Origin: Mobula hypostoma
Taxonomy: Eukaryota
Assembly: GCF_963921235.1 (NCBI RefSeq)
Contig: NC_086097.1
Coordinates: 247,878,001-247,942,000 of the forward strand
DNA length: 64,000 bases
Direction: 5' to 3'
The notes below the pieces were generated by a model. That model saw only the letters and a list, made by a program, of their open reading frames with translations, was not told where the DNA came from and did not search any database. Position numbers and translations under genes: made by a program. Shown here one piece after another: positions 51,606-64,000 of this stretch (position 1 is its first letter; the number at the start of each line of letters is the position of its first letter).

Positions 51606-52480
51606 CACTCAGTTTCCATTTTATTAGGTAAACCGTTAATGCAAATACCTAATTAGCCAGTCATGTGGCAGCAGCTCAATGCGTAAAAGCATGCAAGCGT
51701 GGTCAAGAGGTTCAGTTCTTGATGTGCGGAATTCCTCCAGCATTTTGTGTGTGTTGCAAGAAGTTCAGTTGTGTTCAAGTAAAACATCGGAATAGAGAAA
51801 AAAATGGGATCAAAGTGATTTTGCCCATGGAAAGATTGTAGGTGCCAAACAGGGTGGTCTGAGTATCTCAGAAACTGTTAATCTCCTGGGATTTTCACAC
51901 ACAACAACCAGTAAAAGTTAGAGAATGGTGCAAAAATGACCAAAACATCCAGTGAGCAGCAGTTCTGTGGGAGAAAACATTTATGAGAGAGATCAGAGGA
52001 AAATGGCCAGACTAGTTCATGCTAACAGGAAGGCAACAGTAACTCAAATTGAATTGACTTTATTTTTTATATCTTTCACCTACATGAGTAAAAATCTTTA
52101 CATTAAGTCTCCTTCTGAATGTGCAATTTAGAGTAATTTGTAATAAATTGTATGTACAACAGGACAGCCAGTATAGCATAGAAATACAGTTGTATCAGTG
52201 TGAATTAATTAGTCTGGTGTCCTGATGGAAGAAGTTGTCCCGTGGGTCTGCCTTTAATGCTGTGGTACTGTTTCCCGGATGGTAGCAGCTGGAACGGTTT
52301 GTGGTTGGGGTGACTCGGGTCCCCAATGATCCTTCGGGCCCTTTTTATGCACCTGTCTTTGTAAATGTCTTGAATAATGGGAAGTTCACATCTACATATG
52401 TGCTGGGCAGTCCGCACCACTCTCTGCAGAGAGTAACAACCATGCATTACAACAGTGGTGTGCAGAAGAGCATCTCTGAA
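51606..52480 (+). mobile_element. Tc1-like non-autonomous element interrupted by a Rex1-like fragment (about 52047-52428, minus strand)
   Basis: TA-CACTCAGT start; transposase N-terminus remnant resumes at about 52430. Confidence 0.78.
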
Positions 52481-53080
52481 CTGGGAGGGACAGGGAGGGA
52501 GGCAAAAGAGGTGGGGGCATGGCACTCCTGATCAGAGATCGTGTCACGGCTGCAGAAAAGGAGGAAGACATGGGTAGATTGTCTACTGAATCTCTGTGGG
52601 TGGAAGTTAGGAACAGTCATAGTCATACTTTATTGATCCTGGGGGAAATTGGTTTTCGTTACAGTTGCACCATAAATAATTAAATTGTAATAAAACCATA
52701 AATAGTTAAATAGTAATAAGTAAATTATGCCAGGAAATAAGTCCAGGACCAGCCTATTGGCTCAGGGTGTCTGACCCTCCAAGAGAGGAGTTGTAAAGTT
52801 TGATGGCCACAGGCAGGAATGACTTCCTATGACGCTCTGTGCTGCATCTGGGTGAAATGAGTCTCTGGCTGAATGTACTCCTGTGCCCAACCAGTACCTT
52901 ATGTAGTGGATAGGAGACATTGACCAACATGGCATGCAACTTGGACAGCATCCTCTTTTCAGACACCACCATCAGAGAGTCCAGTTCCATCCCCACAACA
53001 TCACTGGCCTTACGGATGAAGGAAGGGGTCAGTAACTCCACTGGGTGTTTTTTTGTAGATGACCCAATAGTAACAGGGAC

Positions 53081-54759
53081 ATCTGTATTTACTAAGGAAA
53101 CTGGCATGAAGTCTATGGAATTAGGGGAAACAAGCAGTGAGATCATGGAAACTGTACAGATCGAAAAGGAGGAGGTCCTTGCTGTCTTGAGGAAAATTAA
53201 AGTGGATAAATCCCCGGGACCTGACAGGGTGTTCCCTCAGACCTTGAAGGAGACTAGTGTTGAAATTGCAGGGGCCCTGGCTGAAATATTTAAAATGTCG
53301 CTGTCTACAGGTGAGGTGCCGGAGGATTGGAAAGTTGCTCATGTTGTTCCGTTGTTTAAAAAAGGATCGAAAAGTAATCCGGGAAATTATAGGCCGGTAA
53401 GTTTAACGTCGGTAGTAGGTAAGATATTGGAGGGAGTACTAAGAGACAGAATCTACAAGCATTTGGATAGACAGGGACTTATTAGGGAGAGTCAACATGG
53501 CTTTGTGCGTGGTAGGTCATGTTTGACCAATCTATTGGAGTTTTTCGAGGAGGTTACCAGGAAAGTGGATGAAGGGAAGACAGTGGATATTGTCTACATA
53601 GACTTCAGTAAGGCCTTTGACAAGGTCCCGCATGGGAGGTTAGTTAGGAAAATTCAGTCGCTAGCTATACATGGAGAGGTGGTAAATTGGATCAGACATT
53701 GGCTCAATGGAAGAAGCCAAAGAGTGGTAATAGAGAATTGCTTCTCCGAGTGGAGGCCTGTGACTAGTGGTGTGCCACAGGGATCAGTGCTGGGTCCATT
53801 GTTATTTGTCATCTATATCAATGATCTGGATGATAATGTGGTAAATTGGATCAGCAAATTTGCTGATGATACAAAGATTGGAGGTGTAGTAGACAGTGAG
53901 GAAGGTTTTCCAAGCCTGCAGAGGGACTTGGACCAGCTGGAAAAATGGGCTGAAAAATGGTGGATGGAGTTTAATGCAGACAAGTGTGAGGTATTGCACG
54001 TTGGAAGGACAAACAAGGTAGAACATACAGGGTTAATGGTAAGGCACTGAGGAGTGCAGTGGAACAGAGGGATCTGGGAATACAGATACAAAATTCCCTA
54101 AAAGCGGCGTCACAGGTAGATAGGGTCGTAAAGAGAGCTTTTGGCACATTGGCCTTTATTAATCAAAGTACTGAGTATAAGAGCTGGAATGTTATGATGA
54201 GGTTGTATAAGGCATTGGTGAGGCCGAATCTGGAGTATTGTGTTCAGTTTTGGTCACCAAATTACAGGAAGGATATAAATAAGGTTGAAAGGGTACAGAG
54301 AAGGTTTACAAGGTTGTTGCCGGGACTTGAGAAACTCAGTTACAGAGAAAGGTTGAATAGGTTAGGACTTTATTCCCTGGAGCATAGAAGAATGAGGGGA
54401 GATTTGATAGAGGTATATAAAATTATGACGGGTATAGATAGAGTGAATGCAAACAGGCTTTTTCCACTGAGGCAAGGGGAGAAAAAAACCAGAGGACATG
54501 GGTTAAGGGTGAGGGGGAAAAAGTTTTAAGGGGGGGCTTCTTCACACAGAGAGTGGTGGGAGTATCGAATGAGCTGCCAGACGAGGTGGTAAATGCGGGT
54601 TCTTTTTTAACATTTAAGAATAAATTGGACAGATACATAGATGGGAGGTGTATGGAGGGATATGGTCCGTGTGCAGGTCAGTGGGACTGGGCAGAAAATG
54701 GTTCGGCACAGCCAAGAAGGGCCAAAAGGCCTGTTTCTGTGCTGTAGTTTCTATGGTTC
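53081..54759 (+). mobile_element. Young 5'-truncated CR1 inserted into the endonuclease region of an older CR1 (about 52480-55760)
   Basis: RT ORFs at 52920-54050 and 54059-54529; the host resumes with GDFNFPNIDW..SDHNSI. Confidence 0.93.
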
Positions 54760-56556
54760 CATCAGGGAGGAGTAAGGGAGACGGATTCCGGAAAGGTGTG
54801 ATAATAACAGGGTTGTTGTGGGAGATTTTAATTTCCCGAATATTGATTGGCATCCTGCTACAGCTAGGGGTTTAGATGGGGTGGAGTTTGTTAGGTGTGT
54901 TCAGGAAGGTTTCCTGACACAATGTGTAGATAAGCCTACAAGAGGAGAGGCTGTACTTGAACTGGTGTCAGGTCTGTCAGTGGGAGAGCATTTTGGAGAT
55001 AGTGATCACAATTCTATCTCCTTTACCATAGCATTGAAGAGGGATAGGAACAGACAAGTTAGGAAAGCGTTTAATTGGAGTAAGGGGAAATATGAAGCTA
55101 TCAGGCAGGAACTTGGAAGCATAAATTGGGAACAGATGTTCTCAGGGAAATATATGGCAGAAATGTGGCAAATGTTCAGGGGATATTAGCGTGGCGTTCT
55201 GCAAAGGTACGTTCCAATGAGATGGAAAGGATGGTAGGGTAGAAAACCATGGTGTACAAAGGCTGTTGTAAATCTAGTCAAGAAGAAATGAAAAGCTTAC
55301 GAAAGGTTCAAAAAATGAGGTAATGATAGAGATCTAGAAGATCGTAAGGCTAGCAGGAAGGAGCTTAAGAATGAAATTAGGAGAGCTAGAAGGGGCCATG
55401 AAAAGGCCTTGGCAAGCAGGATTAAGGAAAACCCCAAGGCATTCTATAAGTATGTAAAAAGCAAGAGGATAAGACGTGAGAGAATAGGACCAATCAAGTG
55501 TGACAGTGGAAAAGTGTGTATGGAACCGGAGGAGATAGCAGAGGTACTTAATGAATACTTTGCTTCAGTATTCACTACGGAAAAGGATCTTGGTGATTGT
55601 AGTGATGACTTACAGTGGACTGAAAAGCTTGAGCATATAGACGTTAAGACATTTGGAGTACTATGCTCAGTTCTGGTTGCCTCACTACAGGAGGGATGTG
55701 GAAACTATAGAAAGGATGCTGAGGAGATTTACAAGGATGTTGCCTGGATTGGGGAACATACCTGTTTAGAACTGTTTTGCTTAATGTGGTTTCAAGCATT
55801 CAGGCTTGGAGATGCCAGGAATGCAAATTGAAACTATTTCACTACTTCAACAAGTTAGGCACTACAAAAACTGAAAAGACAGGGTGTTGGGGTCCCGGCC
55901 GAGAACGGATTTCGCTCGCTCTCTGCAATGGTCACTCCTCTCTTCATGGCACTGAGTGCTGAAGACTATCCGGCTGCTGTGCTCCGTGCCCACTAATACG
56001 ATGACTTTGGACCAGCTCTGAGGACTCAATTAGGGTCAGAATGTTGTCATTTACTTCAATTATTTACATCATTTATGTTTCCTCCCCCTTTCTCTTATGG
56101 ATCGGGTGCTGGTCTTTTATTTTTATTTCAGCATTATGGGCCAAAGGGCCTGTTTGGTGCTAACACGAGGAATTCTGCAGATGCTGGAAATTCAAGCAAC
56201 ACACATCAAAGTTGCTGGTGAACTGTGCTGTAGGTTTTGTATGTTTCCATGGCACTCACACGGAGAACCCTAAAGTGGAAAGGCTACAGCAGCAGAAAGC
56301 CACAAAGACCCACTCAGTGGCTACTTTATTAGATTCAGGAGGTACTAGGCCACTGAGTGTAGTGAGGTTGTGGTCATGGGTTATTGGACTAGTCAGAAAT
56401 CTGATGACGGAGGAGACCAGGACTACTAGCAGTTTTTTTGTCTAGATTACAGTTAATTGAATTCAGCAATACTTCATCTTATGTAATGGAACATTATTAA
56501 ATAATTGTGACATAGAAACTAGAGGCAACATGGTGCTATTTTTGAAGTTTAGTAAT

Positions 56557-56867
56557 CGGTGTTCTCTCTAAGGTGTTATTGTGCACACATCTTTTGCTAC
56601 TAGTGCACAAGGGAATTTAAACTGTGCACAAAAAATTGTCATGTTAAGTACAGATCTTGCACAATCACGTTTCCCTTTCCGGTTTCTGATGCGGATGTGG
56701 AGTCTGCAGATTTTACAACTGGCTCATTTATATTTTTTTAATTGAAGAAATTGTCCAGTGCGTGCATTTTTTGAGACCATAAGAGATATTGTTGTCACTG
56801 GGCAAAAAAAATTGCACAGCACAAGGTTTTTGGGCACACTGGTCATGACAAATTCGAGGGAACATTG
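56557..56867. mobile_element. Non-autonomous hAT element
   Basis: TIRs CGGTGTTCTCTC / GAGGGAACATTG; 8-bp TSD ttagtaat/ctagcaat (6/8). Confidence 0.7.
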
Positions 56868-58597
56868 CTAGCAATATATTGTTTTCTTCTCATGGAAGGC
56901 CAGAATGTCTTGGTTTTGCTACAAGTTCCCTGCAGAACACCACTGGTCAGGCAGAATATGTTTTGTTCTGCCCTTCAGGCAATTGTTTTATGATTTTTTT
57001 CTCTCTGTGATTAAACACATTCAGTTTTTATTTTGAAATGAGCAATTTCAGATCTGTATTAGGTCACTTCCTGTGTAGTCAGGAAGTAGTAATTAGGAAA
57101 GCCCTTTGGCTGGCAGAAGGTCCAGAGGCTTATGTCAGGAGCTGAAGAAGTTTCTATCTAAAGCCATCCTTTTGCTTCCTCAGCAGAAGCATTGCTCTTT
57201 CACTCCTTATTCATTATGCCAAGCCACTGAGTCTGCAGTAAACTGAAGGAGCTAGGTGTTTGGCTGACTGTCTAGTTTATGTTACAACACCTCATTCAGG
57301 GTAGTACATGCTGCATCTTTGTCTTTGGGCAAGCCAATTCAGAACCTACGCTAGCAACTTTTTCTGGATCCCATGACTTTCTGAATGAACGTACCACGAG
57401 GAAACTTGTTAAATGGTTTACTGAAATCCATATACACCCCGTCCACCACTCGACCTTCAATTTGATTTGTCACATCCTTCAAGAATTCAATGAGGCTCAT
57501 GAGAATTGTGTGAGAATTGAAAATAGCTTTCAATGAGATGAAAGCCCACTGTTTGCATTGTGTTTGGTCGCCTGGGAAAAGCTGATTGCATATCATTTTA
57601 GGGCCAGAGGGCATAGTTTCAGAATAGAACGACGTCCCTTTAAAACAGAGATGAGAAGGAATTTCTTTAGCCAGAGGCTGGCACGTTTGTGGAATTCATT
57701 GCCATAGACAGGTACAGAGGCCACATCATTGGGTATATTTAAAACAGAGGTTGATGGGTTTTTGATTAGTAAGGATGTCAAAGGTTATGGGGAGAAGGCA
57801 GGAAAATGGGGTTGAGAGGGATAATAGATCAGCTATAAGGAATGGCAGAGCAGACTGAATCAACAGAATGGCCTCATTCGTCTTCTATATTTCGTGGTCT
57901 ACATTGCTATGATACGATGGATTCTTGATCTCATAGTCTTCCTCATTATAATCTTGCAGTTTCTTCCCCCCCACCATCAGATTTCTGAATGGTCCACAAA
58001 CACGACCTTGAGCATTTGCTGCCTTTCTGCACAATTTATTTATTTTTTTACATACTTTTACTGCAATTTGTATAATATTTTATGTATTGCATAAACTATA
58101 CTGCTGATGCAAAACACATTTGTCAGTGATAGTAAACCTGATTCTGAATAGTGGGACCTTTAGAATGCAAATGCATATATCGATGCCAGGGGTTCCCATC
58201 CTAGGCTCCGTGGACCCCTTGGATCATGGCAGGGGTCCATGGCGTAGAGAGTGTTGGGAATCCCTGATCTATAGATATCTGGGAGCAAGGATACCTCTGT
58301 AAAGATAACCATGAAACTACCGGATTGTTGTGAAAATAACAACTGTCTGATTCTCTTGGATTTTTGAGGGAAGGAAGTCCCAGCAATGGTGTTTGAATAT
58401 TCATTTTGTCAAGTTACAGTGTGCTTCTGTTGTAAGCTTGTCATTCAAAGTTCAAAGTAAATTTATTACCAGAGTACATTTATGTCACCAAGTACTCAAC
58501 AAAACTATAACAAATAACCATAACAGACTTAATGAAAGATCGCCCAACTGGGTGTTCAACTAGAGTGCAGAAGACAATAAACTGTGCAAATACAAAA

Positions 58598-59585
58598 AGT
58601 AATACTTTATACTTTATTGTCGCCAAACAAAACAAAAAGTAATACTTTATTGTTGCCAAACAAAACAAAAAGTAATACTTTATTGTCGCCAAACAATTGA
58701 TACTAGAATGTACAATCATCACAGCGATATTTGATTCTGTGCTTCCCACTCCCTGGATTACAAATCGATAGTAAATATTGAAAATTTAAATTATAATTCA
58801 TAAATAGAAAATAGAAAAATGGAAAGTAAGGTAGTGCAAAAAAACCGAGAGGCAGGTCTGGATATTTGGAGGGTACGGCCCAGATCCAGGTCAGGATCTG
58901 TTCAGCGGCCTTATCACAGTTGGAAAGAAGCTGTTCCCAAATCTGGCCGTACGAGTCTTCAAGCTCCTGAGCCTTCTCCCGGAGGGAAGAGGGACGAAAA
59001 GTGTGTTGGCTGGGTGGGTCGTGTCCCTGATTATCTTGGCAGCACTGCTCCGACAGCGTGCGGTGTAAAGTGAGTCCAAGGACGGAAGATTAGTTTGTGT
59101 GATGTTCTGCGCTGTGTTCACAATCTTCTGCAGCTTCTTCCGGTCTTGGTCAGGACAACTTCCATACCAGGTTGTGATGTACCCTAGAAGAATGCTTTCT
59201 ACGGTACACCTATAAATATTAGTGAGTGTTTTATTGGACAGGCCAAATTTCTTTAGTTTTCTCAGGAAGTAAAGGCGCTGGTGGGCCTTCTTGGCAGTGG
59301 ACTCTGCTTGGTTGGACCAAGTGAGGTCATTTGTGATATTGACCCCGAGGAACTTAAAGCTTTTGACCTGTTCCACTTGCGCACCACCGATGTAAATTGG
59401 GTTGTGCGGTCTGCTACTCCTTCTGAAGTCAAGAACCAATTCCTTCATCTTGCTGACGTTGAGGGATAGGTTATTGTCTTCGCACCATGCCGCCAGGTTC
59501 TTAATTTCCTCTCTGTACTCAAACTCATCATTACCTGAAATACGGCCTACAATTGTTGTGTCATCAGCAAACTTGTATATTGAGT
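58598..59585 (-). mobile_element. Young Rex1-like LINE 3' part
   Basis: ORF 58891-59712 with KFADDTTIVG, FKFLGV and KAHQRLYFLRKL motifs. Confidence 0.92.
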
Positions 59586-61259
59586 ATAATAATAAATAAA
59601 TAAACAAACAATAAAAACTGAGACCATGAGGTGAAGCCTTGAAAGTGAGTCCATAGGTTGTGGGAACATTTGAATGATGGGGCAAGTGAGGTTGAGTGAA
59701 CCATTGGTTCAAGTGCCTGATGGGTGAGGAGGTAATAACTGTTACTTAACCCTGTGGTGTGAGTCTTGAGGCTCTTTTACTTTCTTCCGGATGGCAGCAG
59801 TGAGAAGTGAGCTTGTCCTGGGTGGTGGAATCACTTATTGTGGAGCAGATTCGATGGGCTGAATTGCCTCTTTCTGCTCCTGTCTGCTAAAGGATATGGC
59901 CGGCTGTCGTATTCTGTTTATATCCGTCAATTCCTTCTACAACTTTGGCAGAGGTGATAACATTTAAATGATCTGAGTCAGACGTCTGCTCTAAGCAGGG
60001 ACTAAAACTCCTAATATCAGCCTTATTATTACCTTAGCCAGAGAGAGACAAAAAGTACAACTCAACTCACCTGTCCTGATTGGGTGTCCGACCTTCATTG
60101 GCAGCCCCCACCCCATCACCTCCATGGCTAAATGCTTCCTATTCTTATGTGGCCTCATTTGTCCTTGTGATGGACGTACAAACAAATTGTTTTCTTTTGA
60201 AAAGGGAGTGTAGAAGTTCATTTCTTTCCAGCAAACAAAATAATGTTTGCATGGTTCAATTGCTGGCATCTCAAGAATAATGCTGTGGATATTGATCAAT
60301 GTAATACAAATGTTACAATCAATACCTTAAATAGCCGAATGCGATGAACTGGCGTGTAATGTAAATTATTCCATGTGTACTTTGTGAAAATTTAAGACTG
60401 CAAATGGGCAAAGTTGACATTAATTTGTAGGTGATTTGAGAAAAGTATAGGGAGAAATCAGATGTAGGTTTTGTTACACAGACTGCATGCCACCGACCCC
60501 AGATTATTAATAAAGGTTGCAACAATTGAAGACCAAGTACAACTTTACTCACAGGGTGGTGAGAGCATGGAACGAGCTGTCAGTAGAAGCAGTAGATGTG
60601 GGTTAGATTGCAACATTTGAGAGAAGTTTCAATAAGGTGGAGGGGTCGGCAACTTTAAATTCCTCTGTGTTGTTATTCCTGGGCCCAGCACGTACAATAA
60701 GTACAATTACAAAAAGGCAGCACCTTTACTTCCTTAGAACTTTGTGTTGATCCGGTATGATGTCCAAAGCTTTGACAAAGTTCTGTAGATGTGTAGTGGA
60801 GAGTATATTGACTGGCTGCATCACAGCGTGATGTGGAAACACCAATGTCCTTGAATGGAAGATCCTACAAGAAGTAGTAGATACAATCCAGTCCATCTCA
60901 GGTAATGCCTTCCCCACCATTGAACACGTCTGCATGGAGCACCGCTGCAGGAAACCAGCATCCATTATCTGTGACCCCTCCAACCAGACCGTGCTCTCTT
61001 CTCGCTGCTGCCATCAGGCAGAAGGTACAGGACCCTCAGGGCTCTCATCAGTCAGTTCAGGAATAGTTATTACCCCTCAAGCAGCAGGCTCTTGAACCAG
61101 AGGGGATGACTTCACTTGCCCCATGACTGAAATGTTCCCACTACCGACTGACTTACTTTCAAAGACTCTTCATCTCATTTTCTCAATATTTATTGGTTAT
61201 TTATTTATTTATTAATATTATTTCTTTCTATATTTACCATATTAACTCTGTTACATCAT

Positions 61260-61966
61260 CAAAGATCTGTGGAAAATTTATCAAGCCTGATTTATCTTTG
61301 CTAATATATGTAGCTATGGTGCCCAAGACTTTTACACAAGACTGAATTTGTCACCGTGGAGTGGAGGGCGAGTATGTCAATCTGGTAGGAGCACAGGATG
61401 TTGGGAAAGGTGAGGGTGTGTGGGACAGGTGGCAGAGAAGGTGTAGCAGGGCTGGGGGGTGGTGTGGGTGCAGACACACCCGGTCCTGAGACACCGGGCA
61501 AGGTCATTTGATTCCAAACAATTGGTTTATTGTTCATTACAGAATGAAGGAGTTAGATGTGGCCCTTGTGGCTAAAGGGATCAGGGGGTATGGAGGGAAG
61601 GCTGGTACAGGGTTCTGAGTTGGATGATCAGCCATGATCATACTGAATGACGGTGCAGGCTCGAAGGGCCGAATGGCCTACTCCTGCACCTATTTTCTAT
61701 GTTTCTATGTCTCTCTGGTGCTTCCTACTCGCTCCCCTCTCCCTTCCCCTTTTCCCAACCCTGATTCTCCTCTCCCTGCCCCCTTCCCACTCTCAGTCCA
61801 CAATAGAGACCCATATCAGAATCAGGTTTATCATCACTCACATACGTCATGAAATTTTTTTCTTGTGGCAGCAGTACAGTACAATACATAAAATTACTAC
61901 ATTACTGTGCAAATGTCTTAGGCATTCTCGCTATATATGTGCCCAAGACTTTTGCACAGTACTGTA
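61260..61966. mobile_element. Tc1-type MITE / composite element containing a CR1 tail (61548-61709)
   Basis: TIR CAGTACTGTGCAAAAGTCTTGGGCAC in three clear copies; terminal TA. Confidence 0.7.
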
Positions 61967-62231
61967 TGTTAATTTGGTTTGATTGCATTAAGCTTCTGTA
62001 AGTGATTAGCTGTTTCCTTCTCAAGGAACAGCTTGAGAAGGAAAGCATCTTACCATCTGGGTGGCAGGGTGGAGATATGTCTCTACCAAAGGAGGTGTAC
62101 GGTGCTCTTTCCCTCTTCTAGCCTGCAGGGCCCCCTTGGGCAAGGTGTAGCAACCGTGCACCCCTCACCCCAGGGTCACATGAAGCCATGAGAGCAGGTG
62201 GTGGATGGTCGTATGAGCAGCTGGTGCATAT

Positions 62232-62895
62232 CAGAATCAGGTTCATTATCATCGGCATGTGACGTAAAATTTGTTAACTTGGCAGCAGCAGTTCAATGCA
62301 ATACATAATCTAGCAGAGAGAGAAAAATAAAATAAAAAATAATAAATAATCAAGTGAATCAATTACATATATTGAATAGATTTTTAAAAATGTGCAAAAA
62401 CAGAAATACTGTATATTAAAAAAAGAGTGAGTTAGTGTCCAAAGCTTCAATGTCCAGTTAGGGAATCGGATGGCAGAGGGGAAGAAGCTGTTCCTGAATC
62501 GCTGAGTGTGTGCCTTCAGGCTTCTGTATCTCCTACCTGATGGTAACAGTGAGAAAAGGGCATGCCCTGAGTGCTAGAGGTCTTTAATAATGGACGCTGC
62601 CTTTCTGAGACACCGCTCCCTAAAGATGTCCTGGGTACTTTGTAGGCTAGTACCCAAGATGGAGCTGACTAGATTTACAACCTTCTGTAGCTTCTTTCGG
62701 TCCTGTGTGGTAGCCCCTCCATACCAGACAGTGATGCAACCTGTCAGAATGCTCTCCACGGTACAACTATAGAAGTTTTTGAGTGTATTTGTTGACATGC
62801 AAAATCTCTTCAAACTCCTAATAAAGTATAACTGCTGTCTTGCTACCTTTCTGATGACATTGATATGTTGGGACCAGGTTAGATCCTCAGACACT
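62232..62895 (-). mobile_element. Rex1-like LINE 3' fragment
   Basis: DLTWSQH..QQLYFIRSLKRF..ESILTGCITVWYG; splits an RTE-tailed SINE. Confidence 0.85.
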
Positions 62896-62968
62896 TGACT
62901 ATGACAAGTCCTGGTAATGCAACCACTTGCACCAGGCAGACAATCTCCGACGAGTATTGATAATGGTT

Positions 62969-64000
62969 GAAAGGGCTTAATTAGGAAGGGGAAAAAAGAT
63001 TATGAGAGAAAACTGGCAGGGAACATAAAAACTGACTGTAAAAGCTTTTATAGATATGTAAAAAGGAAAAGACTGGTAAAGACAAATGTAGGTCCCCTAC
63101 AGACAGAAACAGGTGAATTGATTATGGGATTATGGGGAGCAAGGACATGGCAGACCAATTGAATAATTATTTTGGTTCTGTCTTCACTAAGGAGGACATA
63201 AATAATCTTCCAGAAATAGTAGGGGACAGAGGGTCCAGTGGGATGGAGGAACTGAGCGAAATACTTGTTAGTAGGGAAGTGGTGTTAGGTAAATTGAAGG
63301 GATTGAAGGCAGATAAATCCCCAGGGCCAGATGGTCTGCATCCTAGAGTGCTTAAGGAAGTAGCCCAAGAAATAGTGGATGCATTAGTGATAATTTTTCA
63401 AAACTCGTTAGATTCTGGACTAGTTCCTGAGGATTGGAGGGTGGCTAATGTAACCCCACTTTTTAAAAAAGGAGGGAGAGAGAAACCGGGGAATTATAGA
63501 CCGGTTAGCCTAACGTCGGTGGTGGGGAAACTACTGGAGTCAGTTATCAAAGATGTGATAACAGCACATTTGGAAAGCGGTGAAATCATCGGACAAAGTC
63601 AGCATGGATTTGTGAAAGGAAAATCATGTCTGACGAATCTCATAGAATTTTTTGAGGATGTAACCAGTAGAGTGGATAGGGGAGAACCAGTGGATGTGGT
63701 ATATTTGGATTTTCAAAAGGCTTTTGACAAGGTCCCACACAGGAGATTAGTGTGCAAACAAATGGTATTGGGGGTAAGGTATTGGTGTGGGTGGAGAATT
63801 GGTTAGCAGACAGGAAGCAAAGAGTGGGAATAAACGGGACCTTTTCAGAATGGCAGGCGGTGACTAGTGGGGTACCGCAAGGCTCAGTGCTGGGACCCCA
63901 GTTGTTTACAATATATATTAATGACTTGGATGAGGGAATTAAATGCAGCATCTCCAAGTTTGCGGATGACACGAAGCTGGGTGGCAGTGTTAGCAGTGAG
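62969..64000 (+). mobile_element. Young CR1 LINE running off the window end
   Basis: ORF 63132-63806 is nearly identical to the 1836-4110 copy. Confidence 0.95.

Noticed and set aside
52920..54050. 376-aa ORF as an intact or novel fusion gene
   Set aside because: Chance read-through from an antisense Rex1 fragment into a truncated, frameshifted CR1 RT.

Overview
Vertebrate genomic DNA, not prokaryotic. The repeat content (CR1, Rex1-like, Penelope, V-SINE) suggests a cartilaginous fish, probably a ray; this is inference. Most of the window is nested transposable-element debris, and nearly all ORF-track entries are TE fragments or spurious. One host gene is recognisable: the 5' end of VPS41 (HOPS subunit) on the + strand. 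It has two coding micro-exons, 22572-22589 (MAEVEQ) and 32104-32142 (EAQNYEESTDESE), and intron 2 runs past the window end. Its compact CpG-rich promoter carries a ZNF143/THAP11-type motif and a CLEAR-like E-box. It also appears to fire a divergent spliced transcript, with a minus-strand donor at 22442 and a candidate exon at 14004-14165. Other notable items: hammerhead ribozymes in Penelope repeats, including an inverted Penelope insertion with a 13-bp TSD; a ~650-bp non-tRNA SINE-like family; three Tc1/mariner derivatives with extra internal TIRs; R4/Dong endonuclease remnants; and a solo LTR carrying a perfect CLEAR site in VPS41 intron 2. TE boundaries were read by eye and are approximate unless a TSD is quoted. 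No database searches were run.
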